Source: a virus
Lineage: Duplodnaviria > Caudoviricetes
Length of the DNA stretch: 64,000 nt
Direction: 5' to 3' (one strand)
Virus record (IMG/VR): IMGVR_UViG_2859564202_000001
Of the stretch, positions 10,436-21,443 are shown piece after piece. The notes under the pieces are model-generated. The model searched no databases. It saw only the letters and a program-made list of their open reading frames with translations, and had not been told where the DNA came from. The position numbers and the translations under genes were made by a program. Every line of letters begins with the position of its first letter. Positions within the stretch are counted from its first letter, which is position 1.

Positions 10436-11014
10436 TTACTGTATCGCAGCAGCAAGTTCCTGCTCAGTCGGAATCGCCAATGGCGTGCCTGCATAGATCA
10501 GGTCTGGATCAACAAGCTTGTTGCGATCAATGATCAACCCAACCGGCACACCACTGTCCTGAGAAATAGAGGACAAGGTTTCGCCATTCTCAATGACGTG
10601 CACCGTACCTGGACGGGCAGGTCCTGCGACAGCATCAAGTGCTGATACTGGTGTGTCACCGTTGCCGGTAATGGTCAAGGTGGGGTCGGTCGGAGCCGTT
10701 GGCTCTTGAGCACTGTCGTGCTCACGGGGTTCTTTGTGATCTGAGTCTGCGCCTTCGGCGGTGCCTGTGTTGCTGTCAGCATCACTGGCGTCAGATGAAG
10801 AAGGATCGTGAACCTTCGTGACAATTTCGGTTTCTGTCACGACCTGATTTTTTACCTCGTCCTGTGGCTCGACGACGGCCACTGTATTGACATCACCACC
10901 GCCTTGGGCGAGAAAGGTCACGCCTGATCCACCTGCAATAACGGCAGCAGCAATAAACGCACCTGCTGCCACACCTGGTACTCGATTTTTCGGCATTGCG
11001 CCTTTAATCGCCAT
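10436..11014 (-). CDS. Exported/membrane-anchored LysM-domain protein
   Basis: N-terminal hydrophobic helix, low-complexity linker, C-terminal HVIENGETLSSIS...NKLVDPDLIYAGTPLAIP LysM. Confidence 0.85.
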   Translation of the reverse strand: MAIKGAMPKNRVPGVAAGAFIAAAVIAGGSGVTFLAQGGGDVNTVAVVEPQDEVKNQVVTETEIVTKVHDPSSSDASDADSNTGTAEGADSDHKEPREHDSAQEPTAPTDPTLTITGNGDTPVSALDAVAGPARPGTVHVIENGETLSSISQDSGVPVGLIIDRNKLVDPDLIYAGTPLAIPTEQELAAAIQ

Positions 11015-11184
11015 GTTCGTTTGTCCTTTACCTTTACCCGTTTAATGTTCCCTGGATACTACAAATTAAACTCTAGTATCTTATTAATTTCTGTTACTAT
11101 TAACATATAGGTTTTTTAAAGTTTCGTCTACATAAACCTGCAACAGAAATCACTACACCCAGTTCTCGAAAGGCTTTTTCTCTC

Positions 11185-12408
11185 ATGACCTACCCAGTTA
11201 CCCCTCAACCTGTGCAGCCAGCACCAGTCGCCGAAAAGATCAAGGCATCAAGCCTCAAAGAAGGCACTCAGGTATTTATCAAAGGTCGGGTTAATTACTC
11301 CCGCATCGCAAGCTTTATTACTGGTACCGAGCGCGAAAACCGTAATCGCGACAGGCTTCACCCAATCGAATTCGACTACACCTCCCTGACTTTGAGCCAC
11401 CCTGAAATCATCTACGGCAACCCGCAACAAAAGACCAATGAAGAACTCTTCCTTGAGCAGCGAATCTTTGTCGGCAAGAAGCGTCCTGAAGAGGGTCCAA
11501 AATTCTCCATTGACAACAAGAGCAACCGTCTACCACAGGTTTGGGTGCCATCCACCAATGCTGATGGTACTTATGAGCAGCTTGAAGGTCTCGAAGGTGA
11601 GCTCGACGCAGGGCTCAACGTCATTATTCTCATCGAGTTCTATAAGCCACGTACACAGGTTAATCGCGGCTCCCGCCTCAACGCCGTGTTCCTGCAGGAG
11701 CCCATTCGTTACTACACCCCTGGTTACAATGCAGATAAGCTCGCTGCCCTCGGAATCGTACTTAACGCACCGCCAAAGGACACTATTCAGCTCGTTCCTA
11801 ATGAGGTCGCTGCAGGACAAGACCAGTCCACCACCGATGCATCCGGTCTCCCGCTTCCAGGCCAGGGATATAGCGCACCTGATCAGCCATATCAGGCGCA
11901 GCCTCAGTATCAGCAGGCAACCCCAGCGGCTGCACCTCAGCAGTACCAGGCCCCACAGCCCCAGTACCAGCAGTCAGCTCCACAGGCACAACCTGCACCG
12001 GCACCAGTTGCGCAGTTCCAGCAGGCAGCGCCTCAGGCACCTGCTCAGCCAGCACAGCAGCAGTATCAGGCACCACTTCCTGCCGGTAATCCTCTTGCAG
12101 CAGGTCAGCCAGTTGCACCACAGGCTCCACTCAACCAGCCAACTCCGGCAGTACAGCAGGCAATGCCTACCCAAGCCCCACAAACACCGGCACAACCAGT
12201 TCAGCCACCAGCACCACAAGCCGGTTCTGCATTTACCGATGCTCCGGGTGCTGTGCCACAGGCACCAGCAGTTCAGGCTGCTCCCGCTGTAGCTCAGGCG
12301 CCTGTCGCGCCAGTAGTTGATATGACCGAGCCAGCATCCCCATGGGATCTTCCAGCTGCACCTAGTCAGCCAGCGCAGCCAGCTCAGGGCATCACCTACC
12401 CGGCATAA
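11185..12408 (+). CDS. Protein with ~200-aa globular domain (possibly phage-type SSB) and long Q/P/A-rich tail
   Basis: Low-complexity tail is directly visible. The SSB call is an inference from position next to the primase. Confidence 0.6.
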   Translation: MTYPVTPQPVQPAPVAEKIKASSLKEGTQVFIKGRVNYSRIASFITGTERENRNRDRLHPIEFDYTSLTLSHPEIIYGNPQQKTNEELFLEQRIFVGKKRPEEGPKFSIDNKSNRLPQVWVPSTNADGTYEQLEGLEGELDAGLNVIILIEFYKPRTQVNRGSRLNAVFLQEPIRYYTPGYNADKLAALGIVLNAPPKDTIQLVPNEVAAGQDQSTTDASGLPLPGQGYSAPDQPYQAQPQYQQATPAAAPQQYQAPQPQYQQSAPQAQPAPAPVAQFQQAAPQAPAQPAQQQYQAPLPAGNPLAAGQPVAPQAPLNQPTPAVQQAMPTQAPQTPAQPVQPPAPQAGSAFTDAPGAVPQAPAVQAAPAVAQAPVAPVVDMTEPASPWDLPAAPSQPAQPAQGITYPA

Positions 12409-12425
12409 CAACCAGCACAACCCTT

Positions 12426-12466
12426 AGACCCCAGACTCGCATTTTGCAGGGTTTGGGGTCTTTTTT
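12426..12466 (+). terminator. Rho-independent terminator
   Basis: AGACCCCAGAC...GTTTGGGGTCT followed by a T run. Confidence 0.7.
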
Positions 12467-12560
12467 CACCAGGGTCGAGGCGCGGTCTGTGTGCCCACCT
12501 CGACCCACTTTTCGCCCACCACTTTTCGTCAACCTACCAACAACAAAGCCCAGGTCACTT

Positions 12561-13841
12561 ATGGTCAACCCTTTTCACACGCTTGATAACTCACCGTTTG
12601 ATCCGGTGGCACAGTTTCCTGCGTTTTATCACAACCCGCTTATCAATCACTTGGGCCGCCGTCGCGCCTGGACAATCTCAGACATCAACAAACGCCCCAT
12701 CAATGTCCAACAGATGCTGACCACGGCCACCTACGGTAGCCCCGTTATTCATGGTGCCCGCATTGAAGACGCAGCAACCTCCCTACTTACCCTGGATGAA
12801 CTGCGTACACAGATTCCCACCGCTGCCAACAATGCGTTTTATCTCGATGCTGTCCAAGATGGCTGTCTTATTTTAGATATTGAAAAAACCTGTCCCCCCG
12901 AGGTCGCAGCCACACTACTCACGCTCTCCCCCACCGCCTTTTACACAGAGGTGTCCATGAGTGGTCGTGGCTATCACCTCGTTATGCCGATACCAGAGAA
13001 TTTTGCAGCGTTTCCTGCCGTACACAACAAACCCAGTATCAAACACCCCAAGCGCTGGTTCGAAATTCTTACCTCACAGTGGATCACCTTCACCCGACAA
13101 CCAATCCCAGAGCATGTTCTCCATCACAGTGAATCTGCTAACACAAGTGCTGTGCCATGGTTGAATGATCAACCACTTACATGGGAAAACGTCTTTGCAG
13201 ACTTAGCTAAAACTGTTGCACCCAACTTAAAAACCGGTGCCGGACTTACCATCACACCCAATGCACTGATGCCACCAGATCTCAGCGATGCTGAGCGCAT
13301 TCGCGACGATGAAGTCATCGACTCGACCTGTCGATTATTTGCCGAACATTACTCGAAAACACTTGCGGACTTCTATGATGATGCATCCCGGTTCGAGTTC
13401 AGCCAAATTGGTGTCATTATCAATCTACTGCTCCCCACTATGAGGATGCATCCCACCACGATCAGTCTCGACAAACCCATCAACTCCGATCACATCATCA
13501 GACTTCTGTTCGCTGTCGCTACTCGCGTGATCACTCACCGCAGCAAACATGATGAGGAGCGATCTGGCGTTCCGTATCTGATGTATCAGGTTATTTCCTG
13601 CCTTGACATGCGAGAACACCCCGACAATGGCGACTACCGTGTCGTACCCTCCCGGCATAATAGAGACCAACACAGCAACAACCCCTCAGCTCATGTGGTC
13701 CACCAACAACCACAACCCCAGCCCAGCGCAGCAGATTCGCCACATCACTACCGTGCACTACCCCAAGAAAACACGGTGTCCGAACACAGTTTTAAAATCT
13801 ATAACCCACCAGCCACACCCCCTCTAGGAGGTGAAAATTAG
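12561..13841 (+). CDS. AEP-superfamily primase/polymerase-like protein
   Basis: ILDIE (DxE) and EVSMSGRGYHL (SGxGxH) motifs. Confidence 0.75.
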   Translation: MVNPFHTLDNSPFDPVAQFPAFYHNPLINHLGRRRAWTISDINKRPINVQQMLTTATYGSPVIHGARIEDAATSLLTLDELRTQIPTAANNAFYLDAVQDGCLILDIEKTCPPEVAATLLTLSPTAFYTEVSMSGRGYHLVMPIPENFAAFPAVHNKPSIKHPKRWFEILTSQWITFTRQPIPEHVLHHSESANTSAVPWLNDQPLTWENVFADLAKTVAPNLKTGAGLTITPNALMPPDLSDAERIRDDEVIDSTCRLFAEHYSKTLADFYDDASRFEFSQIGVIINLLLPTMRMHPTTISLDKPINSDHIIRLLFAVATRVITHRSKHDEERSGVPYLMYQVISCLDMREHPDNGDYRVVPSRHNRDQHSNNPSAHVVHQQPQPQPSAADSPHHYRALPQENTVSEHSFKIYNPPATPPLGGEN

Positions 13842-14240
13842 ATTTATTATTAAAACACTTGTTCTAAACATAAGGAACGCGCTACCATTCATAGTTAGTG
13901 GGCATTCCGCCCCATAACAAACAGTAGAAAATTAAGTAGCACAGCATTGTAAATGTCGGGGAAACAAAATTATTCAACACTTTTCCAACTAATTGTTGAT
14001 ATGCACACTTTGTCGAACAATTACAGGAGCTACATGCACTTTTACATTTTCTATCAGCTTGTTATTAGTAATTATTTATCTGATTAAAATATCGGAGTTT
14101 ATTTATGTGATTTGACCGGTAATTGCACAATAAAGTAATAGTTAATTACTAGGTATAGCAACGGATTAAATAATCACTATAATTAATTCTTTCCGTACTC
14201 ATTTTAATCACTACCTATTCACCACTTGAACGGAGCGTTT
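13842..14240. promoter_or_regulatory. AT-rich intergenic island (promoter, CgpS target or origin candidate)
   Basis: About 400 bp, markedly AT-rich and ORF-free, directly after the primase gene. Confidence 0.45.
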
Positions 14241-14246
14241 TTCGCC

Positions 14247-14822
14247 ATGTTGAAATTCCGCATCATCTCCACAGTCACTACTGGATCTCAGCCAACTCCA
14301 CGAAAAAGCTGGAGCCACCCCGACACCACTCTCCTGGTCACCATGGTCACTGCACCATCGCTGTGCTCAGCCATCAACGTGTGGAACGCAACTGAGCGTA
14401 TTCCCGCTCAAAAAATCCTTAATGTCGAAGAAGTACACGTTCTTGGTGAGTGCAGCGACGCCATCATCTCTACGTCACTAACCAAAAAGGACAATCCGCA
14501 CGCACTTGTGCCCGATGATTTCGACCAAATCGGCGATGTGTTTGGCTATGCGCAAGACAATGTAGCTGTTTTTGATGTCATTGTCGCAGCACTGGGCGGT
14601 GCTGGTTATGGCCTGCTACCCGGACTGGTCATGCACCACATTGATGAGCACACCGTTGCACTTGTCTTTGATACTGATTCCCCTACTGGGACGCATATCC
14701 TCGGTGAGCGCTGCGTGTACTCCGACATCATTCACATGACTGACGATAAGTCTGCCCGTGGCTGGGGTGCAGTCATTGCCATAGCACGAGCCATCATCCT
14801 CAAAGTCGAACAGATCATGTAG
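14247..14822 (+). CDS. Hypothetical protein
   Basis: GGAG RBS before ATG 14247. Confidence 0.65.
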   Translation: MLKFRIISTVTTGSQPTPRKSWSHPDTTLLVTMVTAPSLCSAINVWNATERIPAQKILNVEEVHVLGECSDAIISTSLTKKDNPHALVPDDFDQIGDVFGYAQDNVAVFDVIVAALGGAGYGLLPGLVMHHIDEHTVALVFDTDSPTGTHILGERCVYSDIIHMTDDKSARGWGAVIAIARAIILKVEQIM

Positions 14823-15022
14823 TACCCCACCATGACTCACTTGATTCACCACAATCGACCGCCCGTACCAGCATCACTACCTGTGCACGTGCAGAACCAG
14901 ACCTGCTCTCCGCCCATTATGAGCAGGTCTATGTCATATCTACCCACACTATTTTCTTGACCCAACGAAATGTGAATCACATTCTCTTCTCCACACACCT
15001 CGCATAAGAAAGAACACTTATT

Positions 15023-15205
15023 ATGGCTAAAGAATTCGAATTCACCATCCCTGACCAACATAATCGTTTACCGCTTATTTACCTGGTCGCAGCACGCACA
15101 ATCACCAGCGCTCGCACTCAGCTTCGTGCTGAACTCGATCAGGACGACCCCGATTTGCTCTCAAGTATCGACATTGATGCGCTCCCCTACGTCATCGTCG
15201 AGTAA
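15023..15205 (+). CDS. Small hypothetical protein
   Basis: 60-aa ORF with purine-rich leader. Confidence 0.5.
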   Translation: MAKEFEFTIPDQHNRLPLIYLVAARTITSARTQLRAELDQDDPDLLSSIDIDALPYVIVE

Positions 15206-15496
15206 AGGCGTTTCTTTTTCTCCCCCTGTGGTCTGACCTGTCAGGCAGTCAGGTTGGTTGATTTTTTCTGGCGGTGGCTGCATGGTGCAGCGTCAGTGAA
15301 AAGACAACACAGCGAAGCTGTGTTCGGGGGATTATGTGAGATCGCACCGGCACGTGTTGCGGTGCGGATCGCACGTTGTTCTCTTGTGGCCTGGCTCAGA
15401 TAGCCACTACCTACACGCATCTGTTGTGCTGAAACAACAGCGCGACACTCACTCTTCTCATTACTCAACAACTTACTTTTAAGGACTACATAACTT

Positions 15497-16756
15497 ATGT
15501 CTCTCTACCTTGACGACACTTTGTCTCGCATCGTTGAACTTGATCTCAAAGACACCCGCATTGTGCCGTTTCTTGCTGGTGAACCAGGTATCGGTAAAAC
15601 CTCATTCATCTACGGCATCGGCGAACGTGCAGGCTACAAAGTCTTCAGTATCTCGGTTAACACCCTTGCCGATAAGGGTGACCTCACGGGCGCTCGCACC
15701 CTGCAGGACCCTGCCGATGGCAAGTGGAAGCAGATGTTTTTCCCGCACGCGACCTTCGTCGAAGCAAATGACTATGCACTAGCAAACCCAAACGAAACGG
15801 TCGTCATTCTTCTCGATGAGATTAACCGAACTGATTCGGATGTCACCTCTGCCTCGATGACTATCTCTACTGAGCGTCGCGTTGGTACCACCGATCTAGC
15901 ACCCAATGTCCGCCTTGCTGTCACCGGAAACCTCACCGGTAATGTCACCCACCTTGATTCAGCATCTCTGACCAGGTTCTCCCTCTATGAGGTCAAGCCA
16001 TCCGCAGAGACCTTCATGAACATCATGGGCGGCCGCCTCAACAAGTACATCCGTACCGTGCTGACCAAATACCCGGAATACATCTTCATGAAGCCAACTA
16101 CTGCTACTGCTCTTATTACCACTGGCGATGATGATGACGACCATACAACCAATGCGAAGCAAATGATGGACTTCAACGCTGTGCTCGGTTCAGACCAAGA
16201 CATGGTTCAATTTACCGCACCTAGAACTATCGAAGGTTTGTCCGTCTGGCTCAACAACGCCGATGATGACTTTCTTCGTCTACTTCTACAAGAAAAGGTG
16301 GATGGTCTTGCTCGATCCATGAGCTTGCTGCAGGCTACGCTCGAATCTCACACCGGCGATACCGCTTTTACCGCAGAAGTCCTCAGCGAAATGACCAATG
16401 ATCTGCTGAGCTCCGCATCGCAAGCTCCTAGTGGTCCAATCAAACCATTTGTCTACGACCGACTCGCTGCTGCACCAAGCAATACTGTACTGGAACAAGA
16501 GGTTCACACACTCAGTCTCAATGACCGCGCCGATGTCTTGTTGTTTGCCCTCCATGACACTGTAAACAACGCTGCACCAAGCATCATCGCTCACCTTGCA
16601 TCTGAAGGCGTACTTGATGAACTGCCCAAAGACAGAATCAGCAAAATTGTTTCACTCGGTCCTGTACCAACGGCAAACTATCACGCCTTGACCAGACAGG
16701 ATACAACGTTGACTCGAAATCTCGGTCCCGCTGTCTTGGGCTTCTTGGAAAGTTAA
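15497..16756 (+). CDS. MoxR-like AAA+ ATPase
   Basis: GEPGIGKT, LLDEINR, TGN sensor, LDSASLTRF Arg finger; followed by a VWA gene. Confidence 0.85.
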   Translation: MSLYLDDTLSRIVELDLKDTRIVPFLAGEPGIGKTSFIYGIGERAGYKVFSISVNTLADKGDLTGARTLQDPADGKWKQMFFPHATFVEANDYALANPNETVVILLDEINRTDSDVTSASMTISTERRVGTTDLAPNVRLAVTGNLTGNVTHLDSASLTRFSLYEVKPSAETFMNIMGGRLNKYIRTVLTKYPEYIFMKPTTATALITTGDDDDDHTTNAKQMMDFNAVLGSDQDMVQFTAPRTIEGLSVWLNNADDDFLRLLLQEKVDGLARSMSLLQATLESHTGDTAFTAEVLSEMTNDLLSSASQAPSGPIKPFVYDRLAAAPSNTVLEQEVHTLSLNDRADVLLFALHDTVNNAAPSIIAHLASEGVLDELPKDRISKIVSLGPVPTANYHALTRQDTTLTRNLGPAVLGFLES

Positions 16757-16879
16757 AGCAATTTCCTAAGTACCTTTGGCAGCTGAGGTAGTCATCTGTC
16801 TACCTGCGTGGAGTAGACACTAAATCCTGTCCACGCACCCTTACCCTTCTTGACACTAGTAATTGAAAGCGATCCCCTC

Positions 16880-18706
16880 ATGGTTACCTTCAGCGTCGCA
16901 AATCACGCGCCTCATACTTTTAGCCCATTCGATATTGAACCACCACTCACCGGTAACGCCACCACCGACGAACATGGTTACGAACACACCTCAGTGCTAG
17001 AAAAACTAGCCTCCAACCACCTGTTCAATCCAATCAATCCGCAACACCCAGTCACTATCACAGCCACCGAAAACGGATCAACCGTTGATCTTGATGCAGC
17101 AGCACTAGCACAACATCTTGCTCTAGCGATTACCCCAGACTCAATGCTGGCAAATCATCAAGGCTACAACCGTGACATGATGGGTCTACTTTCGCAGCTT
17201 ACTAACCATGTTGGCTTTGATCGCCGATTCATTGTTGACCAACTCTTTATCTCCCAAGTGCTCAAAGCGAATCGTCTACCAGCACCGGCAAACAACGTTA
17301 TTTACACCGTGCCCAATGACGTTATCCCATCTGCTAAAGACATCTTGTCCACCACTGCAAAAATGAACAATCCACTGACAGTTACTGCAAGTGCCCCAAT
17401 TACTGTTGACGACATTCACACAGCCTATGAGGTATTTTTCGCTTCTCTTGCCTCAGTGTTTTTCCCTTATACCTACGGTGCGGTATTCCTTAACAACGCA
17501 GAATTCGTTGAGTTTGTTGATTACCTTATTAACGAAGCAACAACACTGCACTCGGCATCACTCATCTCCAACAACACCTTTAATAGGTTCCAATCAATGC
17601 GTAACATCTCCATTGATAATCTCACCGCCGAGTTTCTCTTACGCAAAAATGAAGCAGAGACAACTGATGATTATTCATTCCCCCGCGTACTTGTTTCCCT
17701 GCTGCATTCTTGGGTGAAACTCAATCACGATGATGCTCGTGCTAACAATGATGCACCCACCTGTGCACTAGCACCGTTTAGTGTGGCTCAATGGATCATG
17801 CCGGAGACCATTGTGTTTATTAATGCTGAAGCTCATGCTCATGCATCCTCCCAGGACATTGAGAAGAAATGGAAGGAAATTAATGCGGCGTTAACAGGGT
17901 CTATTCGTATTATGTCGCCAAATGCAATTTCCAAGCTGCAATCTGCTCAGCATCTCGGGATGCAAGCACAAATGCAGGCCATGCGTGCTCGAAAAGATCA
18001 CCACAACATGCAGAAGCGTTCCTCACAAGAAAACGACTTTTCCAAGGCACTCCCCTCACCACAGACTATCGTGCTTTCTGTCGCAGAGGTTCTGCGCAAA
18101 CTCACTCACGTACGCCAATCGCACAACCCTCAGAAATACCAGAAGAAGTCTCTGACCAGAGCTTCTCGCCGACACCCGGATAACCCTAATGTCCCTGGCA
18201 CCATTAAGAGCAAGCTCTTCTACCCTGACCTGCATGTTTATGTAGATACTTCTGGTTCGATTAGTGAAGAAAGCTACCGCAACTCTGTGGTTCTGCTCAT
18301 GCAGCTTGCCACCAAACTGGACATCAACCTCTATTTCTCCACCTTCTCTCACGTGCTCTCCGAAGAAGTACTATTGCCGACCAAGGGTAAAACACCACAG
18401 CAATTGGCAGCTCTTATTTCGGCCATCCCAAAGGTCTCTGGCGGTACTGACTATCACCAGATTTGGGATTACATCCAGATCAATCCGCAGCGCCAAGAAC
18501 GCATGAATCTTGTGTTAACTGACTTCGGATTCATGCCGAATCGCGGCTTAAACATCGACCACCCAAGTTCTATTTTCTACGTCCCAATCCTGCCTGACTA
18601 CGGCAGCTGGTCAATGGTTCGAAGAGATATGTCTCATTTCGCAAATGAAATGGTTGACTTCGACCCCTATATCCACAGCCGACTACTCGGCGTACACGGA
18701 AAATAG
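16880..18706 (+). CDS. VWA-domain protein (MoxR partner)
   Basis: MIDAS motif VDTSGSIS, then SGGTDY and VLTDF. Confidence 0.8.
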   Translation: MVTFSVANHAPHTFSPFDIEPPLTGNATTDEHGYEHTSVLEKLASNHLFNPINPQHPVTITATENGSTVDLDAAALAQHLALAITPDSMLANHQGYNRDMMGLLSQLTNHVGFDRRFIVDQLFISQVLKANRLPAPANNVIYTVPNDVIPSAKDILSTTAKMNNPLTVTASAPITVDDIHTAYEVFFASLASVFFPYTYGAVFLNNAEFVEFVDYLINEATTLHSASLISNNTFNRFQSMRNISIDNLTAEFLLRKNEAETTDDYSFPRVLVSLLHSWVKLNHDDARANNDAPTCALAPFSVAQWIMPETIVFINAEAHAHASSQDIEKKWKEINAALTGSIRIMSPNAISKLQSAQHLGMQAQMQAMRARKDHHNMQKRSSQENDFSKALPSPQTIVLSVAEVLRKLTHVRQSHNPQKYQKKSLTRASRRHPDNPNVPGTIKSKLFYPDLHVYVDTSGSISEESYRNSVVLLMQLATKLDINLYFSTFSHVLSEEVLLPTKGKTPQQLAALISAIPKVSGGTDYHQIWDYIQINPQRQERMNLVLTDFGFMPNRGLNIDHPSSIFYVPILPDYGSWSMVRRDMSHFANEMVDFDPYIHSRLLGVHGK

Positions 18707-18784
18707 CAGCTGATCCATCTAGGGTCAGTGAACTCTCGCGGATTGCCACACACCACCAACCACTACAAGAAAGAACCCCCTACC

Positions 18785-20695
18785 GTGCCTTTTCACGATT
18801 TCACTGACCCTGATAGCGATCCTAGGCAAAATGCACCAGCTAACCCCACCGCTCAACCGCCATCTGCCCCCACCTCACACTCATCACAGCAGGGTCTCCC
18901 TCCGGGCGCCATTATGATCCCTTTTCCAGGGCAACCGCAGCAGCAAAGCGCACCCAATGACGAGACCCGTTTCATCGACCTTAACGAACGTCATAAAGAT
19001 GATGAACCAGCCCTGTTTCGCGATGATGTTATTGATCAAACTCTCGCTATTTTGATCAGTAAAAATAAGCCCAATGCGCTACTCGTTGGGCCTGCCGGTA
19101 CAGGTAAATCCCGTATCGCAGAAGATATTGCGCGCCGCCTTGCCAATGATGACGTATCTATTCCCGATCAGCTTGTCGGCCACCGTATTCTTGATGTCTC
19201 CATTGCAGAGCTTGTTGCTGGTGCTGGCGTTGTTGGTCAGCTCGAAGAACGCATTCTGGATCTCATCAAGTATGCGACCGACCCGAGTAACAAAGTCATT
19301 ATCTTTATTGACGAGATTCACCAAATTGCTGGTGATCAGTCCAGTCACAGTGGATCGCAAGCCAAAGTTGCTCAGATTCTCAAACCCTATCTTGCCCGTG
19401 GTGACCTTCGTGTTATTGGTGCCACCACCACCCAGGAAGCTCGTGACTTCGATCATGATCCAGCCCTCAAACGCCGTTTTAGCAGAGTAAATGTCGATGA
19501 ATTTGATCGAGATCAAACGCTCACTATTCTTCATGCTGCACGTGATGGTTACCTCAAACATTTCAACAACGCTGTCACGGTATCTGACGACGTACTGGGC
19601 TATGTCTACACCTACTCGCAGCAATTCAACCCAGGCAATACAGCACAACCTGATGCAGCACTGACGCTGTTTGATAAGGCGTTGGCTTCCCTAACTATGG
19701 AGAAACAGCGTCTGATCAACAACCATGTCATTGCGCCGTCGCTCAAGTTCCCTGTGTCAGAAAGGCACATCCATAACACCGCTCGCAAACTTGCCTTTGG
19801 CTCTCAAGTGCCAGCCTCCATCAATACTGATGATGCTCGTGACAAACTCGAAACGTTGTTTGGTCAAGATCATATTATTGAGCCAGTACTCACCGCTATC
19901 AAGCGTGAACAGCTTGGTATTTTCCCTCGCACCAAACCATTGAGCTGGGTGTTTGCTGGTTCATCTGGTGTGGGTAAAACAGAAATGGCGCGTATTCTCT
20001 CTCGCGCCATTAATGGCGGCGATCCCATCATTATCAATGGTCCCGAATACATTAGTCCTGAGTCCATTACTGGCCTTATCGGATCATCCGATGGCTATAT
20101 CGGCTCTAATTCTAAGCGTGCTAAACCACTCGACCCGCTGATTTCTAATCCGCGTCAGGTGATTGTGCTCGATGAATTTGAGAAGTCTCACCCTCATTTC
20201 CAGCAATTGTTCATGGCAGCTCTTGATACAGGCACTATGGCGATGGCTAATGGCACGACATTGAATTTCTCTCAGGCCATTATCATTGCCACCACCAATG
20301 CAGCCCGCGACAAAATCGGTCGTGACAGCTTTGGATTCGATTCAGATAATTCAGGTGTCCTCGGTTCTGCTCAAGCAGCAACTGATCCGCGTGCACAGGA
20401 ACGCCTCAAGTCACTGATGTCCAAGGATTTCCCTGTTGAACTGCTCAACCGTTTCCAGAATATCTTTGCCTTCAACCGCATTGATGCAGGCACCTACCGT
20501 GAGATTCTGGACAATCTCTACCAGCGTCGCCGTGACGCCGTGCTGCTTAGCCACCCGCATTACGCAGCACAGATCCCTGCAGATATTGATTCAGACACTC
20601 TTGATCAGCTGGTGGAAACCACCTTTATCTCAGATTTTGGTGCACGTCCTGCTGCACGCACCATCGAAGACCACATCGCATCCTTGCTGATGTGA
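18785..20695 (+). CDS. Clp/Hsp100-like double AAA+ ATPase without canonical N-domain
   Basis: GPAGTGKS, FIDEIH, DPALKRRF; second module GSSGVGKTE, LDEFEK, FPVELLNRF, FGARP. Confidence 0.9.
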   Translation: MPFHDFTDPDSDPRQNAPANPTAQPPSAPTSHSSQQGLPPGAIMIPFPGQPQQQSAPNDETRFIDLNERHKDDEPALFRDDVIDQTLAILISKNKPNALLVGPAGTGKSRIAEDIARRLANDDVSIPDQLVGHRILDVSIAELVAGAGVVGQLEERILDLIKYATDPSNKVIIFIDEIHQIAGDQSSHSGSQAKVAQILKPYLARGDLRVIGATTTQEARDFDHDPALKRRFSRVNVDEFDRDQTLTILHAARDGYLKHFNNAVTVSDDVLGYVYTYSQQFNPGNTAQPDAALTLFDKALASLTMEKQRLINNHVIAPSLKFPVSERHIHNTARKLAFGSQVPASINTDDARDKLETLFGQDHIIEPVLTAIKREQLGIFPRTKPLSWVFAGSSGVGKTEMARILSRAINGGDPIIINGPEYISPESITGLIGSSDGYIGSNSKRAKPLDPLISNPRQVIVLDEFEKSHPHFQQLFMAALDTGTMAMANGTTLNFSQAIIIATTNAARDKIGRDSFGFDSDNSGVLGSAQAATDPRAQERLKSLMSKDFPVELLNRFQNIFAFNRIDAGTYREILDNLYQRRRDAVLLSHPHYAAQIPADIDSDTLDQLVETTFISDFGARPAARTIEDHIASLLM

Positions 20696-20716
20696 CCAAC
20701 CTTTTAGGAGTACATC

Positions 20717-21193
20717 ATGATTGATACCACTGCTAACAGCACCTCAGGCACCCTACCTACACTCACTGCTGACCAAGCTGCGTTTATCACCGGTTTTTGC
20801 GAGGCTGCTATCTTCACAGCCACCGTCACAATAGATAACGAACCTATATTTCTTGATGAAGCGTTCTTCTTAGGTCAAGAAACCTATACCGACATTCTCA
20901 TGAATCAACTCCGCACCAATGAAGCCATTGTTAAAGACTGTCTCGACTTCTTCCTTGACAACTACACCACAATGAACAAGCTCATTGTTGATGGTCTATG
21001 CCCAGATTGGGAGCACCACGGCCATGATTTCCTACTCACCCGTGACCATCATGGTGCCGGATTCTGGGATCGTGGCTACGACGAATACGGTGCCCAACTC
21101 ACCGACAATGCCGAAAAATATTCAGAAAACTGTCTCAATTTCTGGATTGAGCCTGATAGTGACCCTCTCATTATCAACTTCGAGTACCACTAA
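20717..21193 (+). CDS. Acidic phage-type hypothetical protein
   Basis: GHDFLLTRDHHGAGFWDRG motif; AGGAG RBS. Confidence 0.7.
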   Translation: MIDTTANSTSGTLPTLTADQAAFITGFCEAAIFTATVTIDNEPIFLDEAFFLGQETYTDILMNQLRTNEAIVKDCLDFFLDNYTTMNKLIVDGLCPDWEHHGHDFLLTRDHHGAGFWDRGYDEYGAQLTDNAEKYSENCLNFWIEPDSDPLIINFEYH

Positions 21194-21284
21194 CACCCCT
21201 TGACCTTATTTTTCTTTGGTTAAGGGGTGTTAGCCACCCCACCTACTCACTGTTATTTCCCACGACCAAAGAAAACTCACCCAC

Positions 21285-21443
21285 ATGTACGATTTTCAAA
21301 CTATCCCGCAGCCACCTCGTGACGGCTACGACAACCCCTCACTTGATCCACGCAACCCTGGTTACCGCGAGCAAGAGTACGAGGATTACCTCAACGCCGT
21401 GCTCATGACAGGTAATTCAACGCGTTACCCTGCTGCAGCATAA
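21285..21443 (+). CDS. 52-aa small ORF absent from the ORF track
   Basis: MYDFQTIPQPPRDGYDNPSLDPRNPGYREQEYEDYLNAVLMTGNSTRYPAAA; fills the gap in a co-oriented run. Confidence 0.5.
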   Translation: MYDFQTIPQPPRDGYDNPSLDPRNPGYREQEYEDYLNAVLMTGNSTRYPAAA

